Shown: positions 1-9,002 of the stretch, one piece after another
Position numbering within the stretch: position 1 is the stretch's first letter
How the letters are laid out: the number at the start of each line of letters is the position of its first letter
Origin: Betaproteobacteria bacterium
GTDB lineage: Bacteria > Pseudomonadota > Gammaproteobacteria > Burkholderiales > SG8-39
Assembly: GCA_029883975.1 (NCBI GenBank)
Contig: JAOUIL010000007.1
Coordinates: 1,627 to 65,626, forward strand
Direction: 5' to 3'
DNA: 64,000 nt
Program-made: the position numbers and the translations under genes
The notes under the pieces: model-generated
The model's input: only the letters and a program-made list of their open reading frames with translations
Told to the model about the DNA's origin: nothing
Databases searched by the model: none

Positions 1-121
1 GCTCGACGAGGCGCTTCCACTGGCGGTTGCCGCTCACCGAGCTGTGCGCGAGCACCACCGGCGGGCCTTTGCCCTCGTCGATGCAGTCGATGCTCAAGCT
101 GCCGCGCCTGAGGAGGGACAT
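1..121 (-). CDS. alpha/beta hydrolase fold protein, N-terminal fragment (gene runs off the window start)
   Basis: Reverse-strand ATG at 121..119 reads MSLLRRGSLSIDCIDEGKGPPVVLAHSSVSGNRQWKRLVE..., which resembles an alpha/beta-hydrolase N-terminus. It starts 2 nt after the stop of the upstream SDR gene. It is absent from the ORF track because it is truncated. Confidence 0.45.
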   Translation of the reverse strand, partial: MSLLRRGSLSIDCIDEGKGPPVVLAHSSVSGNRQWKRLVE

Positions 122-123
122 GG

Positions 124-807
124 CTAGCGCGGGTAGGAGCCGCTGTTGACGTCCACCGTGCTGCCCGACATGTACTCGGGGCTGGAGCTGCCCAGCCAGA
201 CGACCACGCGCGCCACTTCCTCCGGCGTGCAGGCGCGGCCGGCGTGCACCGTGCGCATGACGCCGTCCTTCCTCGACTGCGGCAACTGCTCGTACATGGG
301 CGTGAGCGTAGGACCGGGCGCCACGGCGTTGACGAGGATGCCGTCGCGGCCGAGGTGCGCCGCGTAGCTCTTGGTGACGTTGAGCAGCGCCGCCTTGGTG
401 GCGCCGTACCAGAGGTCCGGATGGCCGGTGAACGCCGCCACCGAGCCTAGGTTGACGATACGGCCCGATTTTCTCTGCCGCATCTGCGGCGCGAGCGCCT
501 CGATGAGCGCTACCGGCGCGCGCAGGTTGACGGCCAGGATCTCGGCCACGTGCGCCTCGGGAATCGCGTCGTAGGGCTCGCAGTAGAGCACCCCCGCGTT
601 GTTCACCAGGGTGTCGATGGCGCCGAGTCTGGCGATGAGCGCCGGGATGCCGGCGAGGTCGGTGAGGTCGTAGTCCACGCGCTCGCCCGCGACCTCGGCG
701 CCGAACTGCTTGTCGAGCGCGAGCACCTTCCAACCCGCGGCGAGGAAGGCGCGCGCGGTCGCCAGGCCGATGCCGCGCCCGGCACCCGTGACCAGCGCCG
801 CCGGCAC
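124..807 (-). CDS. SDR family NAD(P)-dependent oxidoreductase
   Basis: 227-aa ORF with the Rossmann motif VTGAGRGIGLA, the NNAG motif (LVNNAGV) and the catalytic YGATK (YxxxK). Its start lies 1 nt after the stop of the upstream dapA-like gene. Confidence 0.85.
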   Translation of the reverse strand: MPAALVTGAGRGIGLATARAFLAAGWKVLALDKQFGAEVAGERVDYDLTDLAGIPALIARLGAIDTLVNNAGVLYCEPYDAIPEAHVAEILAVNLRAPVALIEALAPQMRQRKSGRIVNLGSVAAFTGHPDLWYGATKAALLNVTKSYAAHLGRDGILVNAVAPGPTLTPMYEQLPQSRKDGVMRTVHAGRACTPEEVARVVVWLGSSSPEYMSGSTVDVNSGSYPR

Positions 808-808
808 G

Positions 809-1768
809 CTAGCCGGCGAGGCCCGGCATGGCGAAGCCGGCCGCCTTCAGCTCCGGGATGAGCTCGGCTTCCTGCGCCGCCGTGAGCTCGACCAGCGGCG
901 GGCGCACGCGCCGCCACTCGGCGTCGTTGCCGTAATGCGCGACGATGGACTTCAGCGCCGCGATCATCGGCTGCTTCTGCACGATCTTGCGCGTGGCGCT
1001 TATTGCCGCCTGCATGCGCTCGGCCTCGCCCGAGCGCCAGTCGCGGAACAGCCTGTCGATCGCGCCCGGGTTGACGTTGGCCGTGGCGCTGATGCAGCCG
1101 GCGCCGCCGTGGCGCATGCCTTCCAGCAGGAACTGCTCGCTGCCCGGGAAGACGTCGAAGCCGTCCTTGCCGAACTCGTCGAGCATCGCCTTGGTGTTCG
1201 CCCAGTCGCCGGAGGAGTCCTTGGCGCCGGCGACGATGCGCGGATACTTCGCCAGCAGCCGCTCGATGAGCTTCAGCGTGATCGGCACCTGGCTCACCGG
1301 CGGGATGTGATAGAGGTACACGCGCAGCCGCTCGTCGCCCACCCGCTCGATCACCTCGGTGAAGTACCGGTAGAGGCCCTCGTCGGAGACGCCCTTGTAG
1401 TAGAAGGGCGGCAGCATCAGCACGCCCGCGCAGCCCATCTTCACCGCGTTGGCCGTGAGCCGCACCGTGGCGGGCAGCGCGCAATGTCCGGTGCCGGGCA
1501 TGAGCGCGGCGCCCGGCACGCCGGCGTGGATGAGCGCGGCGAGCATCGTCAGCTTCTCCTCCACCGACAGCGAGTTCGCCTCGCTGTTGGTGCCGAACAC
1601 CGCCAGCCCCGAGCAGCCGCTCTTCAGCAGCCACTTGCAGTGGCGCACGAAGCGCTCGCTGTCGGGCGCGAGGTCGGCCTTGAACGGGGTGATGACGGGC
1701 GAGAGCACGCCCTTCAGGCGCGCGGCCGCCTGCGGGCGGGCGGCGAGGGTGGAGGCGGTGGGGGTCAT
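809..1768 (-). CDS. dihydrodipicolinate synthase / N-acetylneuraminate lyase (DapA) family class I aldolase
   Basis: 319-aa ORF with the family motifs FGTNSEANSLS (GTxxE region) and AGAKDSSGD (Schiff-base Lys region). Confidence 0.85.
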   Translation of the reverse strand: MTPTASTLAARPQAAARLKGVLSPVITPFKADLAPDSERFVRHCKWLLKSGCSGLAVFGTNSEANSLSVEEKLTMLAALIHAGVPGAALMPGTGHCALPATVRLTANAVKMGCAGVLMLPPFYYKGVSDEGLYRYFTEVIERVGDERLRVYLYHIPPVSQVPITLKLIERLLAKYPRIVAGAKDSSGDWANTKAMLDEFGKDGFDVFPGSEQFLLEGMRHGGAGCISATANVNPGAIDRLFRDWRSGEAERMQAAISATRKIVQKQPMIAALKSIVAHYGNDAEWRRVRPPLVELTAAQEAELIPELKAAGFAMPGLAG

Positions 1769-1839
1769 GGTGAAATGGCAGTCCGGTGGAGAGCCGACAT
1801 TATGCTCGCGCGCCGCGCCCTCGGTACACTTCCTCCCGC

Positions 1840-2985
1840 ATGCCGAACCTCGGCCGCGCCGTGAACATCGAGGACCTGCGCCGCATGGCCAGACGGCGGC
1901 TGCCGCGCTCGGTGTTCGATTTCTTCGACGGCGGCGCCGAGGACGAGACGACGCTGCGCGGCAACCGGGCCGCCTTCGAGCGCGTGCGCCTGCTGCCCAG
2001 GGTGCTGGTGGACGTGCACGCGGTGGACTCGAGCGTCGATCTGCTCGGCATGCGCTCCAACCTGCCGATGGCCATCGCGCCCACCGGGGCGATCGGCGCG
2101 GGCCGCCACGACGCCGACCTGATGCTGGCGCGCGCGGCGCGCGCCGCGGGCATTCCCTACACCCTGGCGACGCCCGCCACCAACTCGATCGAGGAGATCG
2201 CCGAGCAGGCCGGCGGGCGCCTGTGGTTCCAGCTCTACCTGCTGAAGAACCGCGCGTTCCGCATGAAGCTCGTGCGCCGCGCCGCGGCCGCGGGCTACGA
2301 AGCGCTGCTGGTCACCGTCGACCTCACCACGGGCGGCAAGCGCGAGCGCGATCTGAGGAACGACTTCGCCGCCCCCTTCGTGCCGACCTGGCGCAACTCG
2401 CGCGACGTGCTCTTCAAGCCTTCCTGGCTCATGGGCATGGCGCGCCGCGGCGTGCCGCACATGAAGAACCTCGAGGGCATGCTGCAGAAGCCTCCCCGGC
2501 TCACCGACGTGGCGGCCTCGGTCGGCCGCGAGCTCGACGCCTCCTTCGACTGGGACGAGCTCAGGTCGCTGCGCGACGCCTGGCCCGGCAAGCTCCTGCT
2601 GAAGGGCATCGTCCGGCCCGACGACGCCGAACGTGCGGCAGCCGCAGGCTGCGACGGCGTGGTCGTCTCCAACCACGGCGGGCGGCAGCTGGACGGCGCC
2701 ATCGCCACCGCGGACGCGCTGCCGGCGGTGGCGCGCGCGGTGGGCTCGAGGATCGCGGTGCTGGTGGACGGCGGCGTGCGCCGCGGCGTGGACCTGCTCA
2801 AGGCGCGCGCGCTCGGCGCGCAGGGCGTGCTCACCGGCCGCGCGACGCTGTTCGGCGTGATGGCGGGCGGCGAGGCGGGCGCGCGGCGCGCGATCGAGAT
2901 CCTGGCCGGCGAGTTCGAGCGCGCGTTGATGCTGTGCGGCGTGCCGCGCGCGAGCGACATCCCGGCGGACCTGGTGGCCGCGTGA
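1840..2985 (+). CDS. FMN-dependent alpha-hydroxy acid dehydrogenase/oxidase (LldD / glycolate oxidase family)
   Basis: The N-terminus RLPRSVFDFFDGGAEDETTLRGN and the active-site signature VVSNHGGRQLDGA fit this family. I chose the start at ATG 1840 (MPNLGR...) instead of the track start at 1786 because it matches the family N-terminus. Confidence 0.85.
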   Translation: MPNLGRAVNIEDLRRMARRRLPRSVFDFFDGGAEDETTLRGNRAAFERVRLLPRVLVDVHAVDSSVDLLGMRSNLPMAIAPTGAIGAGRHDADLMLARAARAAGIPYTLATPATNSIEEIAEQAGGRLWFQLYLLKNRAFRMKLVRRAAAAGYEALLVTVDLTTGGKRERDLRNDFAAPFVPTWRNSRDVLFKPSWLMGMARRGVPHMKNLEGMLQKPPRLTDVAASVGRELDASFDWDELRSLRDAWPGKLLLKGIVRPDDAERAAAAGCDGVVVSNHGGRQLDGAIATADALPAVARAVGSRIAVLVDGGVRRGVDLLKARALGAQGVLTGRATLFGVMAGGEAGARRAIEILAGEFERALMLCGVPRASDIPADLVAA

Positions 2986-4181
2986 GCGCGCTTCCTGTCC
3001 TCGTGCTCGGCGGCGGCATCGGCGGCCTGGCCGCGTCGCTCGCGCTGGCGAGGAAGGGCTGCCGCGTGCGCCTGTTCGAGCAGGGCTCCGAGCTGAAGGA
3101 GATCGGCGCCGGCATCCAGCTCGGGCCGAACGTCTACCACATGTTCGAGGTGCTCGGCCTGACCGGCGCGATCGAGCGCTGGTCGGCGCACCCCGAGAAC
3201 CTCATCATGATGGACGCGCTCACCGGCGAGGAGGTGACGCGCATCCCCGTGGGCAGCGGGGCGTTCAGGAAGCGCTTCCGCGGCTACCAGTACGGCGTGA
3301 TCCACCGCGGCGACCTCTACCAGGTGCTGCTCGAGGCCTGCCGCGCCGAAAAGAACATCGAGCTGAACGAAAAGAGGAAGGGCCTCGCCTTCGAGGACAA
3401 GGGCGAGCGGATCGTCCTGCGCATGGAAGGCGGCGAAGCGATCGAGGGCGCGTGCCTCATCGGCGCGGACGGCCTGTGGTCGAGGGTGCGCGCGCAGATC
3501 CTCGGCGACGGCAAGCCGCGCGTCTCGGGCCACATCGCCTACCGCGCCGTGCTGCCGCGCGCCGAGGTGCCCGGCGACCTGTGGCAGAACAACGTCGTGC
3601 TGTGGGCGGGCCCCAGGACGCACCTCGTGCACTATCCCTTGCGCCGCGGCGAGCTCTACAACCTGGTCGCGGTCTTCCACAGCGACAAGTACGAGGAGGG
3701 CTGGGACGTCTACGGCGATCCGCAGGAGCTCGAGCGCAAGTTCGCCAACGAGCGCCCGGAGGTGCAGCGCCTGCTCGCCAAGATCAACGTGTGGAAGATG
3801 TGGGTGCTGTGCGACCGCGAGCCGGCGCGGCACTGGTCGAAGGGCCGCGTCACGCTGCTGGGTGACGCCGCGCACCCGACGCTGCAGTACCTCGCGCAGG
3901 GCGCCAATATGGCGATCGAGGATGCGGTGGTGCTCGCCGCCTGGGCGGAAATCACGAGCTTCGACTGGGAGAAGACCTTCAAGCGCTACGAGGATGCGCG
4001 TTACAAGAGGACGGCGCGCGTGCAGATCATGTCGCGCTACTACGGCGACGCGTACCACGCCGCGGGGGTCGTGCGCGAGCTGAGGAACGACGTGCTCGCC
4101 CCCAGGCCCGGCGCCGCGCCCGACTTCGAGGGCGTGGCGTGGCTGTACGACGGCATCGAGGTGCCTCAGCCGAAGAGGTGA
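2982..4181 (+). CDS. FAD-dependent aromatic monooxygenase, 3-hydroxybenzoate 6-hydroxylase / salicylate hydroxylase-like
   Basis: GTG start overlaps the upstream stop (GTGA at 2982..2985). Motifs present: GGGIGGLAASLAL (GxGxxG), GADGLWSRVR, and GDAAHPTLQYLAQGANMAIEDA. The track ORF 1449..4181 carries a spurious 5' extension. Confidence 0.8.
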   Translation: MSALPVLVLGGGIGGLAASLALARKGCRVRLFEQGSELKEIGAGIQLGPNVYHMFEVLGLTGAIERWSAHPENLIMMDALTGEEVTRIPVGSGAFRKRFRGYQYGVIHRGDLYQVLLEACRAEKNIELNEKRKGLAFEDKGERIVLRMEGGEAIEGACLIGADGLWSRVRAQILGDGKPRVSGHIAYRAVLPRAEVPGDLWQNNVVLWAGPRTHLVHYPLRRGELYNLVAVFHSDKYEEGWDVYGDPQELERKFANERPEVQRLLAKINVWKMWVLCDREPARHWSKGRVTLLGDAAHPTLQYLAQGANMAIEDAVVLAAWAEITSFDWEKTFKRYEDARYKRTARVQIMSRYYGDAYHAAGVVRELRNDVLAPRPGAAPDFEGVAWLYDGIEVPQPKR

Positions 4182-5551
4182 TCGAGCACCAGCTGCTTGA
4201 ACGCGGTGGCCTGCACGGTCCCCGCGGTCAGCAGGTCGCCGCGCGAGCTTATGACGAGCGGCCCGTGCGTCGGGTCGTCGGTCAGCCGCCCGTGCGAGCC
4301 CTTGACCAGGGCCGTGTCCCTGAGCGAGATGACGTCCATCAGCGTGCGAAAGCCGAGCTTCCTCTTGGCGAGCCGCCAGACGCTGGAAAGCTTCGGCAGC
4401 GCGAGCGCCGGGTCGAAGAACAGCTCCACCGGGTCGTAGCCCGGCTTGCGGTGGATGTCCACCGTGCGCGCGAAATCAGGCGCGCGAGCGTCGTCGAGCC
4501 AGTAGTAGTAGCTGAACCAGCGGTCGGCCTTCGAGATGGCGACCAGCTCGCCCGCGCGCTCGTGGTCGAGGCCCATCGCCTGCTTGCCGGCGTCGTCCAG
4601 CACGCGCTCCACGCCCTCCAGCTCTTCCAGCAGCGCGCGCACCGCGTGCAGGCGGCTGCGGTCGTTCACATAGACGTGCGCGATCTGGTGGTCGGCGACG
4701 GCGAAGGCGGCGCTCGCGCCCGGGTCGAGGATCTCGCGCCCGTGCTCCTCCGGTCGCACGGCGACCAGGCCCGCCTCGCGCAGCGCGCGGTTGATGTGCA
4801 CGGCGTCCGTCACCGGCGTGATGCCGTACTCGGAGACGACGATCACGTGGCGCCCGCTCGCCGCCGCGGCGTCGATCAGCGTGCCGCACGCGGCGTCCAG
4901 CTCGCGCAGGTCCTGCTGCACGCGCGGGTGGGACGTGTCGGGGCCGAGGCGCTGCAGGTTGTAGTCGAGGTGCGGCAGGTAGGCGAGCGTCAGCGTGGGA
5001 TCGCGCGTTGCCATGATGTGCAGCGTGGCCTGCGCGATCCAGTCCGTGGAGCTGATGTCGGTGAGCGGGCCCCAGAACTTGAACAGCGGAAACGCCCCGA
5101 GCTTCGCGTCCAGCTCGTCGTGCAGCGCGTAGGGATGCGCGTAGTGGTCGGGGATCTTGCGCCCGTCCGCCGGGTACATCGGGCGCGGCGTCGCGCTCCA
5201 GTCGGCGCTCGAGTACATGTTGTACCACCAGAACATCTGCGCGCAGGTGAATCCGGGGTCGCGCGCCTTCGCCGCCTCCCAGACCTTCTCGCCCGCCACC
5301 AGGCGGTTCGACTGGCGCCACAGCCAGACCTCCGACAGGTCGCGGAAATACCAGCCGTTCGCCACGATGCCGTGGCCGCTCGGCGCGAGCCCGGTGAGCA
5401 GCGTGGACTGCACCGTGCAGGTGACCGCGGGCACGACGGTGTCGAGCGGGCGCAGCGCGCCGCGCGCGGCGAGTCGCTGCAAGTTGGGCGTAAACGCGCC
5501 AACCAGCGCGGGCGACAGGCCGACCGCGAGTATGACGAGCGTGGGGTGCAC
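4166..5551 (-). CDS. eboF: EboF: alkaline phosphatase / nucleotide pyrophosphatase-phosphodiesterase superfamily protein
   Basis: The nucleophile region PAVTCTVQSTLLTGLAPSGHGIVANGWYFRD and the YLPHLDY motif fit the AP/NPP superfamily. It is divergent from eboA. I preferred the in-frame GTG at 5551 (VHPTLVILAVGLS...) because family members start a few residues before the V-I-x-x-x-GL strand. The track start at 5599 (also GTG) would overlap eboA. Confidence 0.8.
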   Translation of the reverse strand: MHPTLVILAVGLSPALVGAFTPNLQRLAARGALRPLDTVVPAVTCTVQSTLLTGLAPSGHGIVANGWYFRDLSEVWLWRQSNRLVAGEKVWEAAKARDPGFTCAQMFWWYNMYSSADWSATPRPMYPADGRKIPDHYAHPYALHDELDAKLGAFPLFKFWGPLTDISSTDWIAQATLHIMATRDPTLTLAYLPHLDYNLQRLGPDTSHPRVQQDLRELDAACGTLIDAAAASGRHVIVVSEYGITPVTDAVHINRALREAGLVAVRPEEHGREILDPGASAAFAVADHQIAHVYVNDRSRLHAVRALLEELEGVERVLDDAGKQAMGLDHERAGELVAISKADRWFSYYYWLDDARAPDFARTVDIHRKPGYDPVELFFDPALALPKLSSVWRLAKRKLGFRTLMDVISLRDTALVKGSHGRLTDDPTHGPLVISSRGDLLTAGTVQATAFKQLVLDHLFG

Positions 5552-5557
5552 GCGGCG

Positions 5558-5563
5558 TAGAAT
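5558..5563 (+). promoter_or_regulatory. -10-like hexamer TAGAAT upstream of eboA (no convincing -35)
   Basis: TAGAAT lies in the 32-bp eboF/eboA divergent spacer. It is followed by the RBS GGAGGGG (5575..5581) and ATG 5584. Confidence 0.25.
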
Positions 5564-5583
5564 ATCAGTCCCATGGAGGGGCA

Positions 5584-6441
5584 ATGAGCGAGGCGGCACG
5601 GACTCTGCTGCGCGGTTGGCTGGGCCGGCGGCTCGACGCGCAGCGCGCGGCGTGGCTCGATGCGCAGGTCGCCACGCTGCGCCAGGATGCGGCCGACGAG
5701 ACGCTCGACATCGCGCTCGGCATGGTGCCGCGCAAGCTCGGCAAGGCGGCGCTCGAGCTGAGGGACGAGGACCTCGCGGCGGCGCGCGCTGCGGTCCCCG
5801 GATGGGACCCGCGCGGCTGGAGCGTGACCGACGCCGCGCGCATCCTGCTGCTCGCCGGGCTGCCCGCGGGCGGCAAGCCCTTCGTCGAGCGCTTCAGGAC
5901 ACTGTGCCAGACGGCCGACGTCGCCGAACTCGAGACGCTGTACCGCGGCCTGCCGCTCTACCCGGAGCCCGCGTCGCTGCTCGACCAGGTGGGCGAGGGC
6001 CTGCGCAGCAACATGCGCAGCGTGTTCGAGGCGATCGCGCACCGCAACCCGTATCCGCGCACCCATTTCGACGCGCACCGCTGGAACCACATGGTGCTGA
6101 AGGCGCTGTTCATCGGCAGCCCGCTCGCGCCGATCCAGGGGCTGGACGAGCGCGCCAACGCCGAGCTGGCGCGCATCATGCTCGACTTCGCGCACGAGCG
6201 CTGGGCGGCGGGGCGCCCGGTGCCGTTCGAGATCTGGCGCTGCGTCGGGCCGTTCGCCGAAGGCAGCGCGGTCGACGACCTGGCGCGGGCGCTCGCGAGC
6301 GACGAGGCGACCGTGCGGCGCGCGGCGGCGCTTGCGCTCGCGGCGAGCCCGGACCGGCGCGCGGCCAAGCTGCTGCAGGACTTTCCCGCGCTCGCCGGCG
6401 ACATCAGCGGCAAGCGGCTCACCTGGGCAACGCTGCAGTAA
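5584..6441 (+). CDS. eboA: EboA-like protein (function unknown)
   Basis: 285-aa ORF with a strong RBS and no catalytic motif I can name. The call rests on its position directly upstream of the TatD-type eboB, within a locus that contains all other ebo families. Confidence 0.65.
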   Translation: MSEAARTLLRGWLGRRLDAQRAAWLDAQVATLRQDAADETLDIALGMVPRKLGKAALELRDEDLAAARAAVPGWDPRGWSVTDAARILLLAGLPAGGKPFVERFRTLCQTADVAELETLYRGLPLYPEPASLLDQVGEGLRSNMRSVFEAIAHRNPYPRTHFDAHRWNHMVLKALFIGSPLAPIQGLDERANAELARIMLDFAHERWAAGRPVPFEIWRCVGPFAEGSAVDDLARALASDEATVRRAAALALAASPDRRAAKLLQDFPALAGDISGKRLTWATLQ

Positions 6442-6470
6442 ACTTGTTCGCTCCCTCCGAGGATCCCGCC

Positions 6471-7397
6471 ATGATGCTCATCGACCCGCACGCGCACATG
6501 ATCTCGCGCACCACCGACGACTACGAGGCGATGGCGGCGGCCGGCGTGGTGGCGGTCATCGAGCCGGCGTTCTGGATCGGCCAGCCGCGCACCAACGTCG
6601 GCTCGTACCTCGACTACCTGTCGTCGATCGTCGGCTTCGAGCGCTTCCGCGCGAGCCAGTTCGGCATCCGCCACTACTGCACCATCGGCCTCAACTCCAA
6701 GGAAGCGAACAACGAGGCGCTCGCCGAAGGCGTGATGGAGCTCATCCCGCGCTTCGCGCTGAAGGAGGGCGTGGTGGCGATCGGCGAGATCGGCTACGAC
6801 GAGCAGACGGCGCTCGAGGACAAGTACTTCCGCGCGCAGCTCGAGCTCGCCAAGCAGCTCGACCTGCCGGTCATGATCCACACCCCGCACCGCGACAAGA
6901 AGCGCGGCACCTCGCGCTCGATGGACGTGTGCGACGAGCACGGCCTCGAGCCGTCCAAGGTGGTGGTCGACCACAACAACGAGGAGACGGTGAAGGAGAC
7001 GCTCGAGCGCGGCTACTGGGCGGCGTTCTCCATCTACCCGAGCACCAAGATGGGCAACGCGCGCATGGTGGAGATCCTGCGCCAGTACGGCGCCAGGCAG
7101 GTCATCGTGGACTCGGCCTGCGACTGGGGCATCTCCGAGCCGCTCGGCGTGGCCAAGACCGCGAAGCTTGCACTGCAGCAAGGAATCCCTGAAGCCGACG
7201 TCAGGCTGGCCTGCTACCAGAACGCGCTCACTGCCTATGGGCAGAGCGGGCAGATCAAGGAAGAGGACTGGCTCAACCCGGTCGCCATCGACCAGCGCGC
7301 TGTCTTTGAAGGGAATTCCATCCTGCGCGGCGGGCGCGAGCCGAAGGTCGAGGCGGGCAAGAACCGCCGCACGCTGGACGATTTGATCATCGAGTAG
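6471..7397 (+). CDS. eboB: EboB: TatD-family metal-dependent hydrolase
   Basis: MMLIDPHAHMISR (HxH metal motif), GEIGYDE and VMIHTPH fit the TatD/amidohydrolase fold. The real start is ATG 6471; the track ORF 5157..7397 has a long spurious extension. Confidence 0.85.
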   Translation: MMLIDPHAHMISRTTDDYEAMAAAGVVAVIEPAFWIGQPRTNVGSYLDYLSSIVGFERFRASQFGIRHYCTIGLNSKEANNEALAEGVMELIPRFALKEGVVAIGEIGYDEQTALEDKYFRAQLELAKQLDLPVMIHTPHRDKKRGTSRSMDVCDEHGLEPSKVVVDHNNEETVKETLERGYWAAFSIYPSTKMGNARMVEILRQYGARQVIVDSACDWGISEPLGVAKTAKLALQQGIPEADVRLACYQNALTAYGQSGQIKEEDWLNPVAIDQRAVFEGNSILRGGREPKVEAGKNRRTLDDLIIE

Positions 7398-7402
7398 CGT
7401 GC

Positions 7403-7423
7403 GCGGCGCGCATGCCGCGCCGC
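7403..7423 (+). terminator. GC hairpin after eboB (possible terminator, no U-tract)
   Basis: GCGGCGCG-CATGC-CGCGCCGC forms an 8-bp perfect stem starting 6 nt after the eboB stop. Confidence 0.3.
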
Positions 7424-7505
7424 CGCAATGCGGGATTTCGCGTTCCTGTCGCTGAGCGAAACGCCGCTCACGGCGCCGCCCTGCGGCGCGTTCATGACAC
7501 GTATA

Positions 7506-7526
7506 CTGAACTTTCCTGACGTTCAG
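7506..7526. promoter_or_regulatory. inverted repeat CTGAAC-N9-GTTCAG overlapping a TATACT -10-like box
   Basis: Seen in the 233-nt gap upstream of the PQQ dehydrogenase gene. TATACT lies at 7502..7507. No good -35 was found. Confidence 0.25.
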
Positions 7527-7630
7527 GGAGGCGGCGGTCGCCGGAAGGCTCGGTGCTCGCCAGGCGCATCGCAGAGGGCCCCGGCGATGCGCGCGGAGGA
7601 GGGGCACAAGATTTCTTCTGGAGGGATCCG

Positions 7631-8929
7631 ATGAAACTCGCAAAGGTCGGTGGAGTGCTGTCCGCCGCCGTCGTGCTCGCGGTCGCGGGCGGGGCGGCGA
7701 TGGCGCAGACCAAGATCAAGCTGGAGCCGCTGGTCACGGCCATCAACACGCCGCTCGCGATGGTGCAGCCGGCGGGCGACGCCCGCATGTTCATCATCGA
7801 GCAGAACGGCAGGGTGAAGATCCTGGAGGGCGGCAAGCTGCGCCCGACGCCGTTCCTCGACATCCGCAGCAAGATCCCGGCGCTGCACCACGACTTCGAC
7901 GAGCGCGGCCTGCTCGGCATCGCCTTCCACCCGAAGTTCAAGGACAACGGCAAGTTCTACGTCGCCTACAGCGCGCACCTGGACTACCAGGCGGACCTCG
8001 GGCAGATGCTGTGGTACTCGCACAGCAACGTGGTCGAGGAGTACACCGTCTCCAAGGGCGACAAGAACACCGCGGACCCGAGCTCGGCGCGGCGCATCCA
8101 CTCGGTGGCCTGGCCGCAGTTCAACCACAACGGCCACTGGATCGGCTTCGGCAAGGACGGCAAGCTGTACATCTCGATGGGTGACGGCGGCTACGCCAAC
8201 GACTGGGGCATCGGCCACAACCCCGCCCTCGGCAACGGGCAGGACATGTCGACGCAGCTGGGCAAGATCCTGCGCATCGATGTGGACGCGCGCACCGGCG
8301 ACAAGCCCTACGGCATCCCGTCCGACAACCCGTTTGTCGGCAACAAGAGCGCCGCGCCGGAGATCTGGGCGAGCGGCCTGCGCAACCCGTGGCGCTGCTC
8401 GTTCGACACGGGAAGCGGCGACCTGTTCTGCGGCGACGTGCAGCAGAACAGCTATGAGGCGATCAAGATCATCGGCAAGGGCCAGAACATGGGCTGGCGG
8501 CGTGTGGAAGGCATCATGCGCTGCTTCGACTACCTGAAGCCCGATGACCACCCGGCCAACTGCGACAAGGCCGGCATCACGCCCGCGATCCTCGAGTACA
8601 ACAACTGCACGGCCAAGCCCCAGGGCTGCAAGGGGATCTCGGTCACGGGCGGCTACGTGTACCAGGGCAAGCACGCGGCGTGGAAGGGCAAGTACATCTT
8701 CGGCGACTGGAGCAAGTCCTTCGGCGAGATGGACGGCCAGATCTTCTTCGCCACCAAGGGCAAGGACGGCAAGTGGAGCATGGAAGTCGCGGAAGTCACC
8801 AACATGAAGGGCAAGCTGCCCTACGTGCTGGCGTTCGCGCAGGACAATGCGGGCGAGGTCTACGCGCTCACTTCCATCACCACGGGCCCGAACGGCTCGC
8901 TCGACACGATCTACAAGATCGTTCCCTGA
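7631..8929 (+). CDS. periplasmic PQQ-dependent sugar dehydrogenase (soluble glucose/sorbosone dehydrogenase beta-propeller family)
   Basis: The RBS GGAGGGA precedes ATG 7631. Signal peptide: MKLAKVGGVLSAAVVLAVAGGAAMAQ. Family motifs: GLLGIAFHP, NHNGHWIGFGKDGKLYISMGDGG, GLRNPWR. Confidence 0.85.
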   Translation: MKLAKVGGVLSAAVVLAVAGGAAMAQTKIKLEPLVTAINTPLAMVQPAGDARMFIIEQNGRVKILEGGKLRPTPFLDIRSKIPALHHDFDERGLLGIAFHPKFKDNGKFYVAYSAHLDYQADLGQMLWYSHSNVVEEYTVSKGDKNTADPSSARRIHSVAWPQFNHNGHWIGFGKDGKLYISMGDGGYANDWGIGHNPALGNGQDMSTQLGKILRIDVDARTGDKPYGIPSDNPFVGNKSAAPEIWASGLRNPWRCSFDTGSGDLFCGDVQQNSYEAIKIIGKGQNMGWRRVEGIMRCFDYLKPDDHPANCDKAGITPAILEYNNCTAKPQGCKGISVTGGYVYQGKHAAWKGKYIFGDWSKSFGEMDGQIFFATKGKDGKWSMEVAEVTNMKGKLPYVLAFAQDNAGEVYALTSITTGPNGSLDTIYKIVP

Positions 8930-8942
8930 GCCGGCTGCAAGC

Positions 8943-8980
8943 CGCCGCCGCCGCGCTCGTGCGCGGCGGCGGCGCGTTTT
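8943..8980 (+). terminator. rho-independent terminator-like hairpin after the PQQ dehydrogenase gene
   Basis: 14-bp perfect GC stem (CGCCGCCGCCGCGC / GCGCGGCGGCGGCG) with loop TCGT, followed by CGTTTT. Confidence 0.6.
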
Positions 8981-9002
8981 CCGGCGTAGTAACATTTGGT
9001 GC

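Noticed and set aside
603-1864. Long ORFs 603..1634 (-), 710..1864 (+) and 945..1310 (+) overlapping the dapA-like gene.
   Set aside because: They lie in an alternative frame or antisense to a gene with clear family motifs. Their translations are Arg/Ala/Gly/Pro-rich and low in complexity, which is typical of shadow ORFs in high-GC DNA.
5552-5599. Track start of eboF at 5599, overlapping eboA head-to-head.
   Set aside because: The in-frame GTG at 5551 gives an N-terminus matching the family pattern and removes the overlap. Neither candidate has a clear RBS, so uncertainty remains.
7428-7634. 68-aa ORF that fills the eboB / PQQ-dehydrogenase gap and ends in an ATGA overlap with the dehydrogenase start.
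   Set aside because: It has no RBS, and its third-position G/C bias is clearly weaker than in neighbouring genes (many A/T-ending codons). The sequence is unremarkable and mostly covers hairpin-forming DNA. It is kept only as a remote possibility of a leader peptide.
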